From Camelus ferus (taxonomy: Eukaryota), in NCBI RefSeq assembly GCF_009834535.1, contig NC_045696.1:10046001-10110000 (forward strand): 64,000 nucleotides of DNA. Reading direction: 5' to 3'. The position numbers and the translations under genes are program-made. The notes beneath the pieces were generated by a model. The model was not told where the DNA came from. It made no database searches and saw only the letters and a program-made list of their open reading frames with translations. Shown here piece by piece: positions 12,982 to 26,104 of the stretch. Within the stretch, counting starts at the first letter, position 1. Every line of letters starts with the position of its first letter.

Positions 12982-13689
12982 CTAATAAAAAAAAATTTTT
13001 TTATATTAAAATGTTTACAAAGTTTGTGGGTTTTTTTCTTATTATAGTTTGCTTCCAAACACGCTGCACTTAGACACAGTTTACATACACAAAACAAATG
13101 GCATCAATAGTAGAATCTGTGGATTACTGTATCACAAAACAAAACCACGGCAGCTAAAATTCAAATCGTGGCGGCCAATGGTCAGCAAAGCCTGGAATGT
13201 TCTTGCAAGGGCTGGGTTGTATGGCTAACATTCAGAGTACAATGTAGTGTGTAGGACAGAAAACTCTGCTCAGGAGATGCTCACTCTCAGCTGTTAATTC
13301 ACACTCATGCCTGCGATCTTCTTACGGGTAATAGATAACCGTATATATACAAGGTATCGTATGTGCAATATATGTAGGACTCAGGGAGTCTGAACTTGAC
13401 ATTGTTTTCAGAATCCATCAGGCCTGTGTGATGGATACAACCACATTTTCCACTGCCACTCCTTTCTCCTTCATTTTAATCTAATTTGACGTAAAATCCA
13501 TGTATTGAGTGTTTACATGCTGGGAGTTGTTGGAAAGGGACAGACTATGACATGGAGGAACTTACAATAAAGCTGTCGCAATCCTGACACAATTCTGTGA
13601 GATGAAAACTCTAGTTAGGGATGATGAGAAGGGCTATGGCCGCCCTTCTGCACACCACCAGGAGCAGAACTCAGGACAACTGACAACAT

Positions 13690-13737
13690 GCACACACACA
13701 TGCGTGCGTGCACACACACACACACACACACACATAC
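13690..13737. repeat. Imperfect (CA)n microsatellite
   Basis: Read directly. Confidence 0.9.
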
Positions 13738-14269
13738 AAATCTCTAGAAGCAAGGCGCTGATAAAAACAGTTTGCCTTTAGGGGACAGGGTAGGGAGGGA
13801 GACATTTGAATTACCTTTTGTAATTTTTGAATTTGCAACCATGTGAAATATATTACCTATTCCCAAAATAAGGAAATAAAATTCAAAGAAAAGGAAAGTT
13901 CCACCATCTTGCCTCTGCCCTCTCACCTGCCAATTGATCAAGAAGGATACTTCTGGGTTGCTTTTAGAAGGCTGATCAAATTTAACTTCTGATAGACTTC
14001 ATGCCCTTGGCTCAAGGACTAAAGCTTTTGTTTTCACAGTGAATCACCAGTGGTTGAAGCCACTCATTTAAAAGCTCCCCCATGTTTGTCTACTGAGTAT
14101 ATACTGCCACGTGGCTCACAATGACTCCACTATTTCCCCCATCCCTGCAGCTTCACAAAGGCACAACACAGAGCTCACTGGCAAGTTCTTCATTTGTGCA
14201 TCCACACGAAAGTCTAGTCAAAGCACCAGATGCCCTCCTGGACATGGAATTTCACCTATTTTATTGTGG

Positions 14270-14860
14270 ATTGCAAGAACCACCCAAAACTCTCTTTTGA
14301 TCAAGGTACCAGGAGTGTGAGGATGAAAAAAATACAGTTTCTGCCTTCAAAGAGCTGATAACCTACATGAGGAAATATGAAATATTCATGGAAAGCTAAC
14401 TAATAACACCAACATCAATATTAAACACCAAGAGTGGTACCAGCATCGGGGCTGCCCAGTTCTCGGGACAGACATCGCTTCCGGTGGGTAGTCACAGAAA
14501 GCTTCTGGAAGAAGTGGGACTTGGCCAGCTCTTGAGGAAAGGGGTGGGGAAGAGGTGGTGGAGATGACCACGTGGGGAGATGCTATGGGCAAAGGCAGTG
14601 AGGCATCAGAGTCTGAGGGTTGTTGCTTGTTTTCAAGAGCTAATCCCTGAATGAGGCTGGAGTGGAGGTGTCGCTGTGAGAGGCAAGACTGGTGAGACAT
14701 TTGGCTGAAAAGGGAAGAGGGCACCTGTGGGAAGCCTTTGCTGGCCGGCTGAGGAGCGGGGCAGGGTGACCGCTCAAGTCTTCAGAACAGGGATGGGTCA
14801 CATATGGACGGGAAGGCCAACAAAGCAATGATGCTTTACAGGAAATGCAATCCATCATCT
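14270..14860 (-). mobile_element. L2 remnant
   Basis: CAGAAAGCTTCTGGAAGAAGTGGGACTTG and GGCAAAGGCAGTGAGGCA motifs. Confidence 0.55.
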
Positions 14861-15636
14861 GAGGAAGGTCTTTCCCCACCCAGTGAGGGAAGAGACACAT
14901 TAAACAGGGGAGTGGATCCCAGGACTCCAATGCTCAGATCTCTGAGCCCTTAAAGTATATCTTGTTCGCCCTGCTGAGTGGGATTTTTGTGGCTTCCCAG
15001 CAGCAAGCTCACAGGGGGAGTCTGGCATCTGGCTACTCCGGGCCACGCCTTCTGTTCCGGCCAAGACGCACTTCTTTGGTCCACCAGCTCACTCTTCACT
15101 CTCCTGGCACTTTAGTTTTTAATTAGCTGCCCTATAGGCACAGAAAGGTATTTCTTTACTTCACCACAACATAGACCTTCCCCTTCTTGACCAAAGTTTG
15201 CTTTGATAGAACCAAGAACTGAGGATACACACACGCACTGAGGAACTAAAGTTGTCGTGATGTACAAATGGGGCTTTGAATGCACCGCACCTTAGGACAC
15301 CACTGATAACACAGCCCTGCTTCTGTAACGCTGACACTTAAGGATGACTCCATCCCGCATCACCAATTCTCACCATCCCAACACTCACTGGCTGAACTCA
15401 GGAATCTGACAGATTTGGACAAATCAGAAGACTCCTTAGCTCTCACAATTCTCTCACTGGTTGCCTGAAGCTTAGGAACCAAATGGATTCAGAAAACGTG
15501 GCGTCTCTCGTTACACGAATGCAGGATTCAGGCAGTGCCGGTTTATTTATACTTTGCAATGAAAACAGTATCCCTTTGAGATCTTGCATATTCAAATCTG
15601 GACAGAAAATTTTAAACAAAAGGAAAAGATACTAAC

Positions 15637-15758
15637 TTGCAGCTCTCCTTCCCACCATCCACCTGGGTTCTTTTTTCGGATCAAAATCAGCTGGCCAGGG
15701 GCCAGGGTGAGCTGCTCGGGACCGGTGGCGGTGTAGGAGGCAATCACCTGGGCGATTT
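15637..15758 (-). CDS. ITSN1: ITSN1 exon 27 (SH3D N-half; [16 protein letters not shown]...[14 protein letters not shown]), 122 nt
   Basis: TTCCAG acceptor, GTTAGT donor. Confidence 0.96.
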
Positions 15759-17277
15759 CTGGAAAACAAGATCAAACGTGGCCGGGCACTGTTAGATCAG
15801 GAGCAGGAAAGCCTAAGAAGAAGGCACAACCACCTCCTGGGTTCACAGGGCAACATCATCAAAGCCAGGGGCGGGGCTGGTTTTCTACTGAGTGAAGAAG
15901 GCTCGATCCCAAACTCCCCAATTTCCCGACCTCCAACGCACATGCAGGACTCAGGGGCTGAGTTTGTCTTTTGGTTCTGCCCAGTCTGCTCCAGGCCTCC
16001 CTCATCTCTCAGAACTTACCTACTTGCTTCCATAAACTCTCCACCCTTTGCCCCAGGTCCCACACCTTCCATCCCAGCCCTCCCACCATTCCTGTGGCCA
16101 CCCCAATGCCAACAGCTGGGCCTCATTCATCACCCTGCCCTCTGCCCTCCCACGGTGCTTAGCACACAGTCCACTCAGGGATGGTTGAGTGGATAAAGGA
16201 AATCAAGTGAAGCTTTTCCACCTGCCAAGGACAGGAGAAAGAAATTCTATTTTCTTCAGAAACTGTTGGGAGCTGCTTTCCTAGCCAACTGGTGTGTTAT
16301 GACTTTCTTCAGACTCTCTCTTTTACCCACAAGACCATTTTCTTGGCAGCTCACACTCTGAGGGTGGTCCCTGAACGGCAGGTAGGAAATCGTGTCAATC
16401 CAAGTTTACTTCTCCTTATTTCAAGTTAAAGGAGGATCCTGAAGTTAAGAGAGGCATTTTACGGGAAATAACAATTCAGCCCAAGAAAAAATAAATAGCT
16501 CTGTACTTTTCCTGAATGTTAAAAGTGTCTCATGGGAAAAATTCCATCAGCACCACGACCAGGCTTGGAAAAGTCCATTTCTACTGGCACAAGAGGTCGA
16601 CTAGGAAAGGACAAAATCCTTCTCTGACCGAATTCTGGCGTATCTGCAGCGACTGCCTTCTGCACGTCTAGAAGCAATACAGAACAACACACTGTTCTGT
16701 TCCTCGACACGCTTTCCCCATCATGGTCATTCTTGAAACAAAGAAATGAAGGAAGAAGGAATGAAGTAAAGACAGATGGAAGGAAAGAAGAAAACGCCCA
16801 CGTTCTGACAGTACTTCCTGCTTCTCTAAGAGGCACATTAGCCTCTTAGGACCCTGCTCTGAAATCAGTGGCCACCATGCTAGGAGCACCAGGCCATCGG
16901 TGCAGCCCAGCCCTGCCAGATGCTTCCAGAGCTCAGTGGAAGCAAGAAAGAGCCCAGCTCACACATACCTGGGCTCTACAGAGAGCTTGAGCTGGGAAGT
17001 CTGTGCTGGGGATGAGAATTCCCCCAACATGCCAAGGACTAGCTCTACACTCCGAGAGTTTTTGGTCTGGAGAAGGTCCAAATTAGCCCCTATTTGGCCC
17101 CCAGTGTTCCTGCTCCTCAAAGGACCTGGCTGTGTGGCCAGCAACCAGCCCAACACTCTTTTCTGTCTTTTATGTCCCTGAGCAGCTTGTTGGTTTCAGT
17201 GCAAAGTTAAGCCCCTCTGGACCCTTTGGAATGAGAATTCATAATGGAGCACACTCATAGTTAAAACAGAGATTTGA

Positions 17278-17435
17278 GGGGGGAGAGCGCATGCTTAGCA
17301 TGCACAAGGTCCTGGGTTCAATCCCCAGTACCTCTTCAATCAATCAATCAACCAATCAACCTAACTACACCCCGCCCAAGCCCCAAAACAAAACAAAACA
17401 AATCTAAAAAGAAAACAAACAAACAAACCAAACCC
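17278..17435 (+). mobile_element. Camelid-type tRNA-derived SINE (Vic-1-like) with A box deleted
   Basis: GCATGCTTAGCATGCACAAGGTCCTGGGTTCAATCCCCAGTACC; perfect TSD acagagatttga (17266-17277 / 17436-17447). Confidence 0.85.
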
Positions 17436-18119
17436 ACAGAGATTTGACCTGGGAGGTCCAATATCTGAGCCTAGAAGCCGTGACTACCTGAAAATCCACT
17501 TTTCCTTGCCAGGTAAGCCCACTGGCAGCTGAGCACAGACACACAGACCCCTCAGCACAGCAGTGACTCTCCCAGCCTGTAATTTCTTAAGGCTGTAATA
17601 GCAAAAAAGCTCAAAGGACCTAGATGAGGAAGACGGGCCACATCAACTGTCTGATTGCACATCTGCACCTTCTCTCTTTCATGCTCTTATTTATAGCACA
17701 TGTGATTTTGTTTAAATAAACTAAAACACTTTGAGCTCAGAGGGATGACTATAATTTTGTTCCTTCACTGTGTACCTGAGGAAAACCACCCCAATGGCTT
17801 CAAAATTAGTAGGAATGACACTCCGGGCATTACAACTGCCCACCATCTGGTCTGAATTGTTTCTTCATGTCCCAAGAGAACATTCTGTCTGGTAACGTCC
17901 CCACTCCCCATGTGCAAAGCACCAGCCATCTTTCATAATCATGTATCTCCATTATTCATGGATCCCAAGGAAAGGATCTACTCCAAATACTATTAGGAAA
18001 GATTCTTTTGTCTTTTTTTTTTTTTTTTTAAAGGCTTCTGGCCCTTTAAACTAAGATTGGGAGCAATGATCAATTACACTCAAAACATTGAAAAATAAGC
18101 ATCAGGGTTTGTAACTTAC

Positions 18120-18165
18120 CAGGTTTTTTTCCTAAACTCCCTGTTTTCCCAGCAGTTCCAGAGCC
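18120..18165 (-). CDS. ITSN1: ITSN1 exon 26 (GSGTAGKTGSLGKKP), 46 nt
   Basis: TTTAAG acceptor, GTAAGT donor; translated by hand. Confidence 0.95.
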
Positions 18166-21123
18166 CTTAAAACAGAGCAGAAGGTCTCATTTGCATACTG
18201 AGTTTCGGTCAAGCAACTTAAAAAAAAACGATTACTGATGACACAAACCCCCTTGAGCCCCTAAACCCCCTTTTTCGTCCTGGGGAAACGCAGTAGCACT
18301 GTATCTCCTGACACTGCGATGTCTATCAGCGAAACACGGGACAGAACAAGTACTTTAAAGCATGCAGCTTTTACTCTCTTCTTAAGACAAAAATTAGCAA
18401 AGTACATGGCACTGTAGGATCCCAGAGGGCTCAGGAAGTGACTGTGTACAAACAGGCGCAACCTGTCCAGTGGGGCAAATCAAACAGGGGCTAACCCGCC
18501 AGGAAGACTGGTAGACCACACCCCAAACACCAAGCTCCTGCTTTATGTCCAAATGGTTATTAAATATTTCACACATAAAAAAGTACAGAAACTAGCACAG
18601 ACGACCATGAGCCCAACACCCCCATTTAATACATGAAAATATTAATATTTTGGGAACTTTGATTTAGAGTTTTCTTTTTTTTTTTTTAAGAATGAAAATA
18701 ATACAGTGGCAATTCAAACACCCCTTCCCCCAATCCATTATCCAAAGAGGCAGCCACTCTCCTGTGTAACCTTTCCACCCAAATCTTACCCTGTTTAAAC
18801 ACTAAAATTTCTCTTTTAATGCTGGACACACAACCTACAGAAGGAGACCATTTTCCCCCCAACTATTAAGTGTTCCAAAAGTGCTCTGGGGATGAATTCC
18901 TTCATGGATACTCATGGAATTTTAAACTAGCTGAGTAAGCCCATAGGAGCCTCGAGTCGGGACCGGGGCCAGGCCGTCATCTGTTGTTACAAAGTGCTTT
19001 ATTCCGAATTAATTTTCACCCTTGTGTTCCTATCTTCCAATACATTAAGTATTCCAGTGAAAACAGAACAAAACAAAAGGCTTAATTAACTAAATGAGAA
19101 TAATAGTAAGAATAAAAATATGTAACTTATCTACCAGGAACACAACTTATCATTGTCCCTATATTTATATGGATATTCAATAATCACTTAGCAGGGAAAG
19201 TTTGAATTCCAGTATTTACTCTCATTACCCACTTCCCTTGCAGTTTTTATAGGCTGTGTATCAAAATAAAGGAATACTAATGAAACAAGATTCCAAATGA
19301 CCAGTTACTTTCCCAGTACAGGCTTATAAAATACTCTCTATATTCCATAGAAAGAACAAAGCAGTTGGCAATACCCAATGCGAGAGTCCAAGCAGCTTCA
19401 ATGTGCTCGCTTTGCAACACCATGGCCAGCACGTAAGTGAAGACAGACTCAGATAGCCATGTTCTTGTCCTGGAGCCGCTCAAGAACTCGGTAGACAAGC
19501 TGCCCCAGGCTACGTGCCCCAGCCCTCCTCATGCAGAGGAGGGAAGCGGGGATGGGACAACCTCTCCCTTGCCCACAGGTCAATTCTGGTACCTGAGGCT
19601 GGGGCTGGTTTTTAAGTGTGATAGGATATTGCCTTACACACTGAACTCTAGGTCCAAGTAGGATGCTGAGTTTCTCGATTTTTTCATTACTATGAAATAA
19701 TGTAGCTAAATGTTTGGCCAAAATCTTTAGTACTGCTAGTTCTTCTGTGGCTGATAATTTAAGACTGTGGTTAAAAAAGCATTTTACAACTCAGCTTACC
19801 TTTAAAAATAGTCACAGTGTTTTGTTTTTTTTTTTTTAACTTGCTGACTTTGGATGTTTTGGGGGTAGAGAACTCTAATTTATTAAAATATAATACAAGT
19901 CATGGCTTTTATGTTAAACTCATCCCAAAGGTAAAGCCACTTTACAAGTTTTGTGTGTGGTAGCAGAAATAGTTTTAGTTTTTAATGTCCCCCCCCCCCA
20001 CTCCCCTGAAATATCATCTCTATGGTTCTCAGCGGAGCCAACTGGCTGGCCTGGGGAAGAGGTGAATTCCGCCCCCCCCCCCTCCGCCCCCGATCAGCAG
20101 AGGACAGTACAATGACTGTCCTACAGGGAAGGAGTACTTTCTTTCCAGCTTCTGCCAAATTCTCCAAGGGTATGCGGACTTCTGCCAATCCCTCCAGGGG
20201 AATTTTAGCAAGCTGCTCACAACAGCAAAGCAAGGGAAAACAAAAGAAAAAACAAGAACAACAAAAAAGACACTCCCTTAAAAACAAAAACAAAAACAAG
20301 CAAATAAAATTATTTCAGGGAACTGCAGGGAAGCTAAGAAGGCTGATGGTGTCACCAGGCCCAGCCTCGCTCCACAAGCAGCTATGAGTCTGTTAAATGA
20401 CCAGTGAAATTCTCCACTAACTTGAAACTGGCCACTACGAGATGGGCTCCCATAGTCTGGTAGGCCCACGTCACCATCTCATTAATCTCGCCCAATCTCA
20501 AGACCACATTTTATGCATCTGAATTTTTAGGGCCCCATTCACAACAATTGGGAGCCACTTTTAATTTATAAGGATAACAGCATTTTAAATAAATTCAGTC
20601 TCTGATTAACAGAGATACTAAGATCAAAGTGGACCAGTCTCCCAGATCTTGTGTCTTCCTACTGTGTAGGCAAAAATATAAATTGTAAAAACTCTCTACT
20701 GCTCAATATTTGGGGGCCAGTATCACCAAAATATGTCTGTTTACATGGGCAAAATACTGTTGTGTTATCTTTCTTAGAGTACCCCAAACCAGTGACCATG
20801 CAGACTTTATCAAGAACATTTACTCCAAATCTTTAAGTCAGTGGCATTCAGGAATGGAGAGGAATTCTGAATATTATCGAAGCTGACCAGCCTCATGACA
20901 GGCAGCCTCCACTTAGCCCCGGGGATTCTCCTGCTTCTGGGAAGCCAAGGCTGACCCTGCAGCACCAACAGACAAGTTCAACAATGACAGGTCACACTAT
21001 GTTGGCTGTCACGTCCCAGAACTCAGCAAAACCCAACAAAGTGTTCCGTCGTCAAACATCATGACTCCCTGAAAAGAGAACCACTGCACAGAAAAGGGGA
21101 GGAAACAGTTAATGTGGGTTTAC

Positions 21124-21290
21124 CTCTGAATCTTTAAGCCTCACATAGTTAGAAGGGAAGACTCCGGACTTGTCGCCCACTGTTCCTGTCCACCAGTCAC
21201 CATCTTTCTTGGTAACCAAAATCACATCCCCTTGCTGAAAGGTTAAATCGCCTTGCTCAGAACTCTCGTAAGTGTACATGGCAATAAATT
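21124..21290 (-). CDS. ITSN1: ITSN1 exon 25 (SH3[16 protein letters not shown]...RLKDSE), 167 nt
   Basis: CCAG acceptor, GTAAAC donor. Confidence 0.97.
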
Positions 21291-23639
21291 CTGGTGGGGA
21301 GAAATATTGAGATACGGAGAGAGCTTGATTGTTTACAGAAATCCCAGACAGCTTTGCAAAAGCAAGTTTATGAATAAGGAAATTAGGATAAGATCCATTC
21401 AAGAGAAAGGCTAGTCACAGATAAAACAGAGTTGCAGAACACTCTGGGCTCCAAATTTCCCGACTGCACTTAAAAATTCAGTAACTGCAGCCGGGGAGAC
21501 GATTCCTGTGAAGGCCCAGGCACAGGAACAAAGAAACCCAACCGCTTGTCTACCAACACCAGTACCGAGAGTGAACTCCGATTCAATGTCATGGATTCTT
21601 TTTTACATGAAAATGGTTTTCACATTTACTTCCAGCTAACATTGTCTGAGCACCTAGGTTGTGTCGAGCACTGGTTTAGATACACTGACACACAGGCTCG
21701 TGGTGAGCTTATCAAATATCTGTAATTCACTTTTGAAGGTACCAAGTCACAATTTTAGAAGACTTTCAGACATGGTATATCCTTTATGTAAATTAAACAC
21801 ATTTTTCATTATTCAAGTGCCTCAGTGAAAACTTAAGTCCTATTGTGCTGTATATACAGATGGTAGGAAGCTGTAAGAACGCAATATTTAAAATACACAT
21901 GATTTAGTTAAAAATGGGCATCCCATCATTTGAGTGCATACACAGGTAAAGTGGGCTGCTGATAAAAGTAGTGTCCACCCAGCCCCAGAAAATAATCACA
22001 CCTTTCTGAACGTGTTGAAAAGACACATCAATTTCTTACATTTTACTACTCATGCAATTTAGTCTTAAATGATAAGAACAAATGTTCCTTATTGTCTTGA
22101 ACGTGAAGGGTGTGCATTTCAGAGGAAATTTTTCTTTTGAATGATAAACAGCTGGTTTAACTAAGGCTTAGATAGTAAGTCAGTCTCAAAAGATCTCCTG
22201 ACACAAAACTCTAGACCCTACACGAGGTAGGGAATAAAAGACTTACAGAAAGATGAACATAGTTTCTTGTTTTCACTTTTCTCCATTTTATCCTAGGTCT
22301 TTGTATATTTTTTTTAAAAAAGCAATTTAACAAAAACCCACCATTTGCCTGAAAAGTTCATTTTATGATGGATGGTATGTTTGTTGTTAATAGTTCATGT
22401 GATAGTCCTTATATGTAGAGCCTACTGTCAATTAATAGGCAGACACTTAATACGGAGGAATCCTTTGGCCTCTGCAGGAGGCCCTAATGAAAGCTAAAAC
22501 AAACACAAAAAACCAGAAGCCCTCCTAATGCTTATGCTAATGTGGGCCGCTCTCCAAGGGGCCGCTTCAGCCGTGCTGACCTGCAGGCGGAGGCCGGCGG
22601 GCCGAGATACAAGGTCGTCCAAATGTGCCAGGGAGAACAGGACACTCTCTGTCTTCAGCCCTCCAGCACCGGTAACACACCTCCCCAGTTAGAACTGGAA
22701 AAATGATTTCCCGCACAGGGAAATCAGAGTTTGGCAGCTTTAATAAGGACATTTTTTTCCCATTAATATATTCCTTTTTCTGATTTCTCAATATGCTGAC
22801 CCTTCTCTTTTCATTTTGCTCCCTCACTTGTTCCTTAGCTGGTGTTTGGCCATTTAAGAGAGGAGCCTTGGCAATCAATGCCTTTCCTAGGGATTCCTGC
22901 ACTGAAAAAGTCGCTTTCTTAAAAATGGATCCAAATTTTGAAGTCACTTTTGAAATGCCTTGAGAAACTTCAGAAGCATGAACTCTGGCTGAACTTCACA
23001 CCGCAGCGGCAGATACAAGGAGACTGGAAGAGCTCTGGCTCTACTTGCCCCGCGTGCCCACAGGCATCCGTGAGGCTGGCCGCTCCAGGATTTTACAAAA
23101 ACAGGGAGACGTGGGGATGGAAATGCAGGGGCGCCTCCCCACTCAGACTCCCCCATCAGACATTTAACACAGGGCACGGGCCATTCCCAAGCCCCTATCT
23201 TAAAGAGCTACCTGGAGTGACAATCTATTTAATCTGGTTTAGGCTTTACTTTAAATCTTATTACATTTAATACATTAATACACTGATTCATTAATACATG
23301 AATTAATAGATGTAAGTACCTTTTCTCAGAATTTCAGATGCTCCCACACCCCTGCAGAAGGCCAGCAATCTTTCCTAATATTTCCAATACCTAAATCATC
23401 TCAAAATGGCTGTAATAAATGCCACCAGGTTAGAATGTAACTCTCTTCTGTTGCCCAACTTTAAGGATGTGTGTGGTTCATCTGTGACCTACTTACTGAG
23501 GCCCCAAGTGTGAAGGCCTCTGGACATGTTTTAAAAAAAAAAAATCAGCACTCATTGACACTGCTGTTGGATGAGAATGCTCACTGCTTTACGTGGGTCT
23601 ATCAATAATCTAGGAAATGAAGCAAAAAGGAAATAAAAG

Positions 23640-23820
23640 TAGCAGACATTTATTGACTTTTATTCTAAAAGCTTACACGTATTATCTCATAAACCCGTAA
23701 TAATTTCCTACCTTAAGTGGTGATTATTATGCCCATTTTACAGATGAGGAGATTGAGGCCTGACTAAAATTATACGGCTACTACATCAGAGAGCCAGGAT
23801 ATAAATTCTGGTGCTCCAGT
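23640..23820 (-). mobile_element. MIR remnant
   Basis: CCCATTTTACAGATGAGGAGATTGAGGC. Confidence 0.7.
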
Positions 23821-25074
23821 GAGACTGAATTGTATGCAACACACTGACTTTGGGGGGAGGGGTGACATACATAATTTGCCTTACTGACTACATGTGCTGT
23901 GTTTAAAAGACTTTTTACCTTGTTCTCCTAACAGTGGATAAAAAAAAAAAGTTATTTAAGATGACAGAATGTATCAAGAGAACTAAACCCATGATTGCTT
24001 TGGTGGTTAATGGCAAAAACTGGATGCAATAAAATGCTGGATTTGTTCAGTGATGATGAGGTTTATAAAACCTATACCCATAAACTGAAAAAACGGTTTT
24101 TACTTCTAAAATTCCTCTTGAGAAAGTAGCTCTGTTACTTTCTGAAATACCACTGAACCTTGATCCTTGCTGTCTCCATTGAAATGACTGTTTTAATAAT
24201 TCTATTTTTCATAAAGTAAGGTTTCTAAGGAATGCAACACTCAATGGCAGACAAACTAAATGAAAGATTCTATCCTCATGTAATTTATTCAAGGAAACTT
24301 TGAAACACTATACAATTGTGTAGACATCTGTTGGCTACAGACACTGCATATTTCTACACGGAAAGCCTGTCTACCTCGGGGAGTGCTCACTCTTCAGTTA
24401 GGACTCTGACAATGGCTGGACCAAGTGTAGAAAAGACATGAGATTATGAATTATGTAGGCTTTGTTCATTTTTAAAGCCGTACCACATACTGGCATATAA
24501 AATCCATAAGATTATGTCACAAAGTAAAGATGGGGAAATAAAGCCATTAATCATTTGTGTAATAAATACTCAAAATGAAATTTTTAGGCCTAAATGATCT
24601 GGTGTGGTTATTCACATGAAACACAGAAATGAAACTTCTATTTCATCTGGGGCACAGATGGCACTCATGTTTACTGTGACAGCTTTACTACACCGTGTGG
24701 TTATGGTTTTAAAACAAAATACTTATCTGTAAGTCAGAAGATAGTAACCACCAAAAATTAGCTGCAGAGATGCTCTAAGAACTTGACCCTGGACTTTGAT
24801 GGGCCTCTTTCAAAAGTCAAAGGGCTCATAAGCAAGTATAACTGGAAAATTCAGTTTTTATGATCAAAATAACTGACAGTATTTTGAAATTCTCTATAAA
24901 ATACTATGATTTTGTAAAGAGCTGAATATCATTTTACCTTAGAGTTTAATATAATGAATACAAGTTAATGTAGACTATTTAAAAATGAAATCCAACCTCG
25001 TTTCAGACATCCACTGTTTGTATGACCCAATTTCCTCCCACTTCTAAAGAATAGAATCTGAATGGGGTTCTCAC

Positions 25075-25157
25075 CTTCTCCCGACACGGCCGGCTTGGCT
25101 GCTGGGGAAGCCACTCTCTTGAGACTAGCAGGACTTTCTGAGGAACCAGAGTCCATG
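25075..25157 (-). CDS. ITSN1: ITSN1 exon 24 (SMDSGSSESPASLKRVASPAAKPAVSGE), 83 nt
   Basis: TTTCAG acceptor, GTGAGA donor. Confidence 0.96.
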
Positions 25158-25746
25158 CTGAAAGAGGGGAGAATGTATGTTACTTTTCATCCTCAAAGAA
25201 AACAGCACAAATGACACAGTTTTCTTTTTAAAAATCATTTAACATTTAAAACCTTGACAATCTACAGCTCAAATAGATACACTCAGCTAAGTCAAAACAC
25301 ATCACGGGGAGACACAGAGGCCTGGTTCTAAGCTCATTCTAATGTGCTGGGCACACAGCCAATGCACTCGTCTACTTCCAAGCATGACTGATAGATTCTC
25401 ATCCAGCATCTCAGCTATTCATCTCTTCTTCAAGCCCAACATTCGTTCTGATCATCTACATGGTTAGAACAATTAAATAACCTTTATGTTAAGGTTCCAA
25501 GCCATAAGCTTCCTAATGGAAAAGATAATTCATTCTTCCAATAATTTCCCTAAATTCTCTGGGCCTCCAAGTATTCACATGTACCTGGCACAGCACTGGG
25601 TACCAAGCATGAAGGGAGCAAAATCTCTAACAAAGCCACAAGAATGTCCCCAGGTCTCAGAGTAGAATTCCCTTTTGCATAAGTCAATGCAAAAAAACAA
25701 CCATTTATCTGTAAGAGGATCTCTTCTGTTGACAAGTATAATAACT

Positions 25747-25791
25747 TCTGCGGTGGTTTAGTGGTTAGGATTCGGCTCGCTCGCGCTCTCA
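25747..25791 (+). pseudogene. 5'-half tRNA-Glu(CTC) retrocopy (tailless-type), non-functional as tRNA
   Basis: GGTGGTTTAGTGGTTAGGATTCGG...CGCTCTCA resembles the tRNA-Glu 5' half; ends in the anticodon loop; no T arm. Confidence 0.7.
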
Positions 25792-25898
25792 GAAGCTAAA
25801 ATGGTCCTGCCACTCCTATCTGTGAATCTTAACCAGTGCAAACAATTTAATGCCTAACAGGGTTCTCAACCAATAGAGGCAGATAAACACAAACGTAC

Positions 25899-26104
25899 CT
25901 TGTAGATTTCCTTATGGGCCCCGAAATGAGTTTCACATAGGACTTGGGGAACCAACCCTTCTGGCCTTGAACTTCTCCAAACCACCACATGTCTTGCTGC
26001 TCCAGGACGGTGATGACATCATTTTTGTTAAAATTTAAATGGTTGTCTTTTTTGGCTCTCCAAGGATACAAAGCTTGCGCCTGTAGCCCCTCCACCTTTT
26101 CACC
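25899..26104 (-). CDS. ITSN1: ITSN1 exon 23 (SH3[16 protein letters not shown]...IRKST), 206 nt
   Basis: AAG acceptor, GTACGT donor; SH3 WW and GWFP-SY motifs. Confidence 0.97.
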
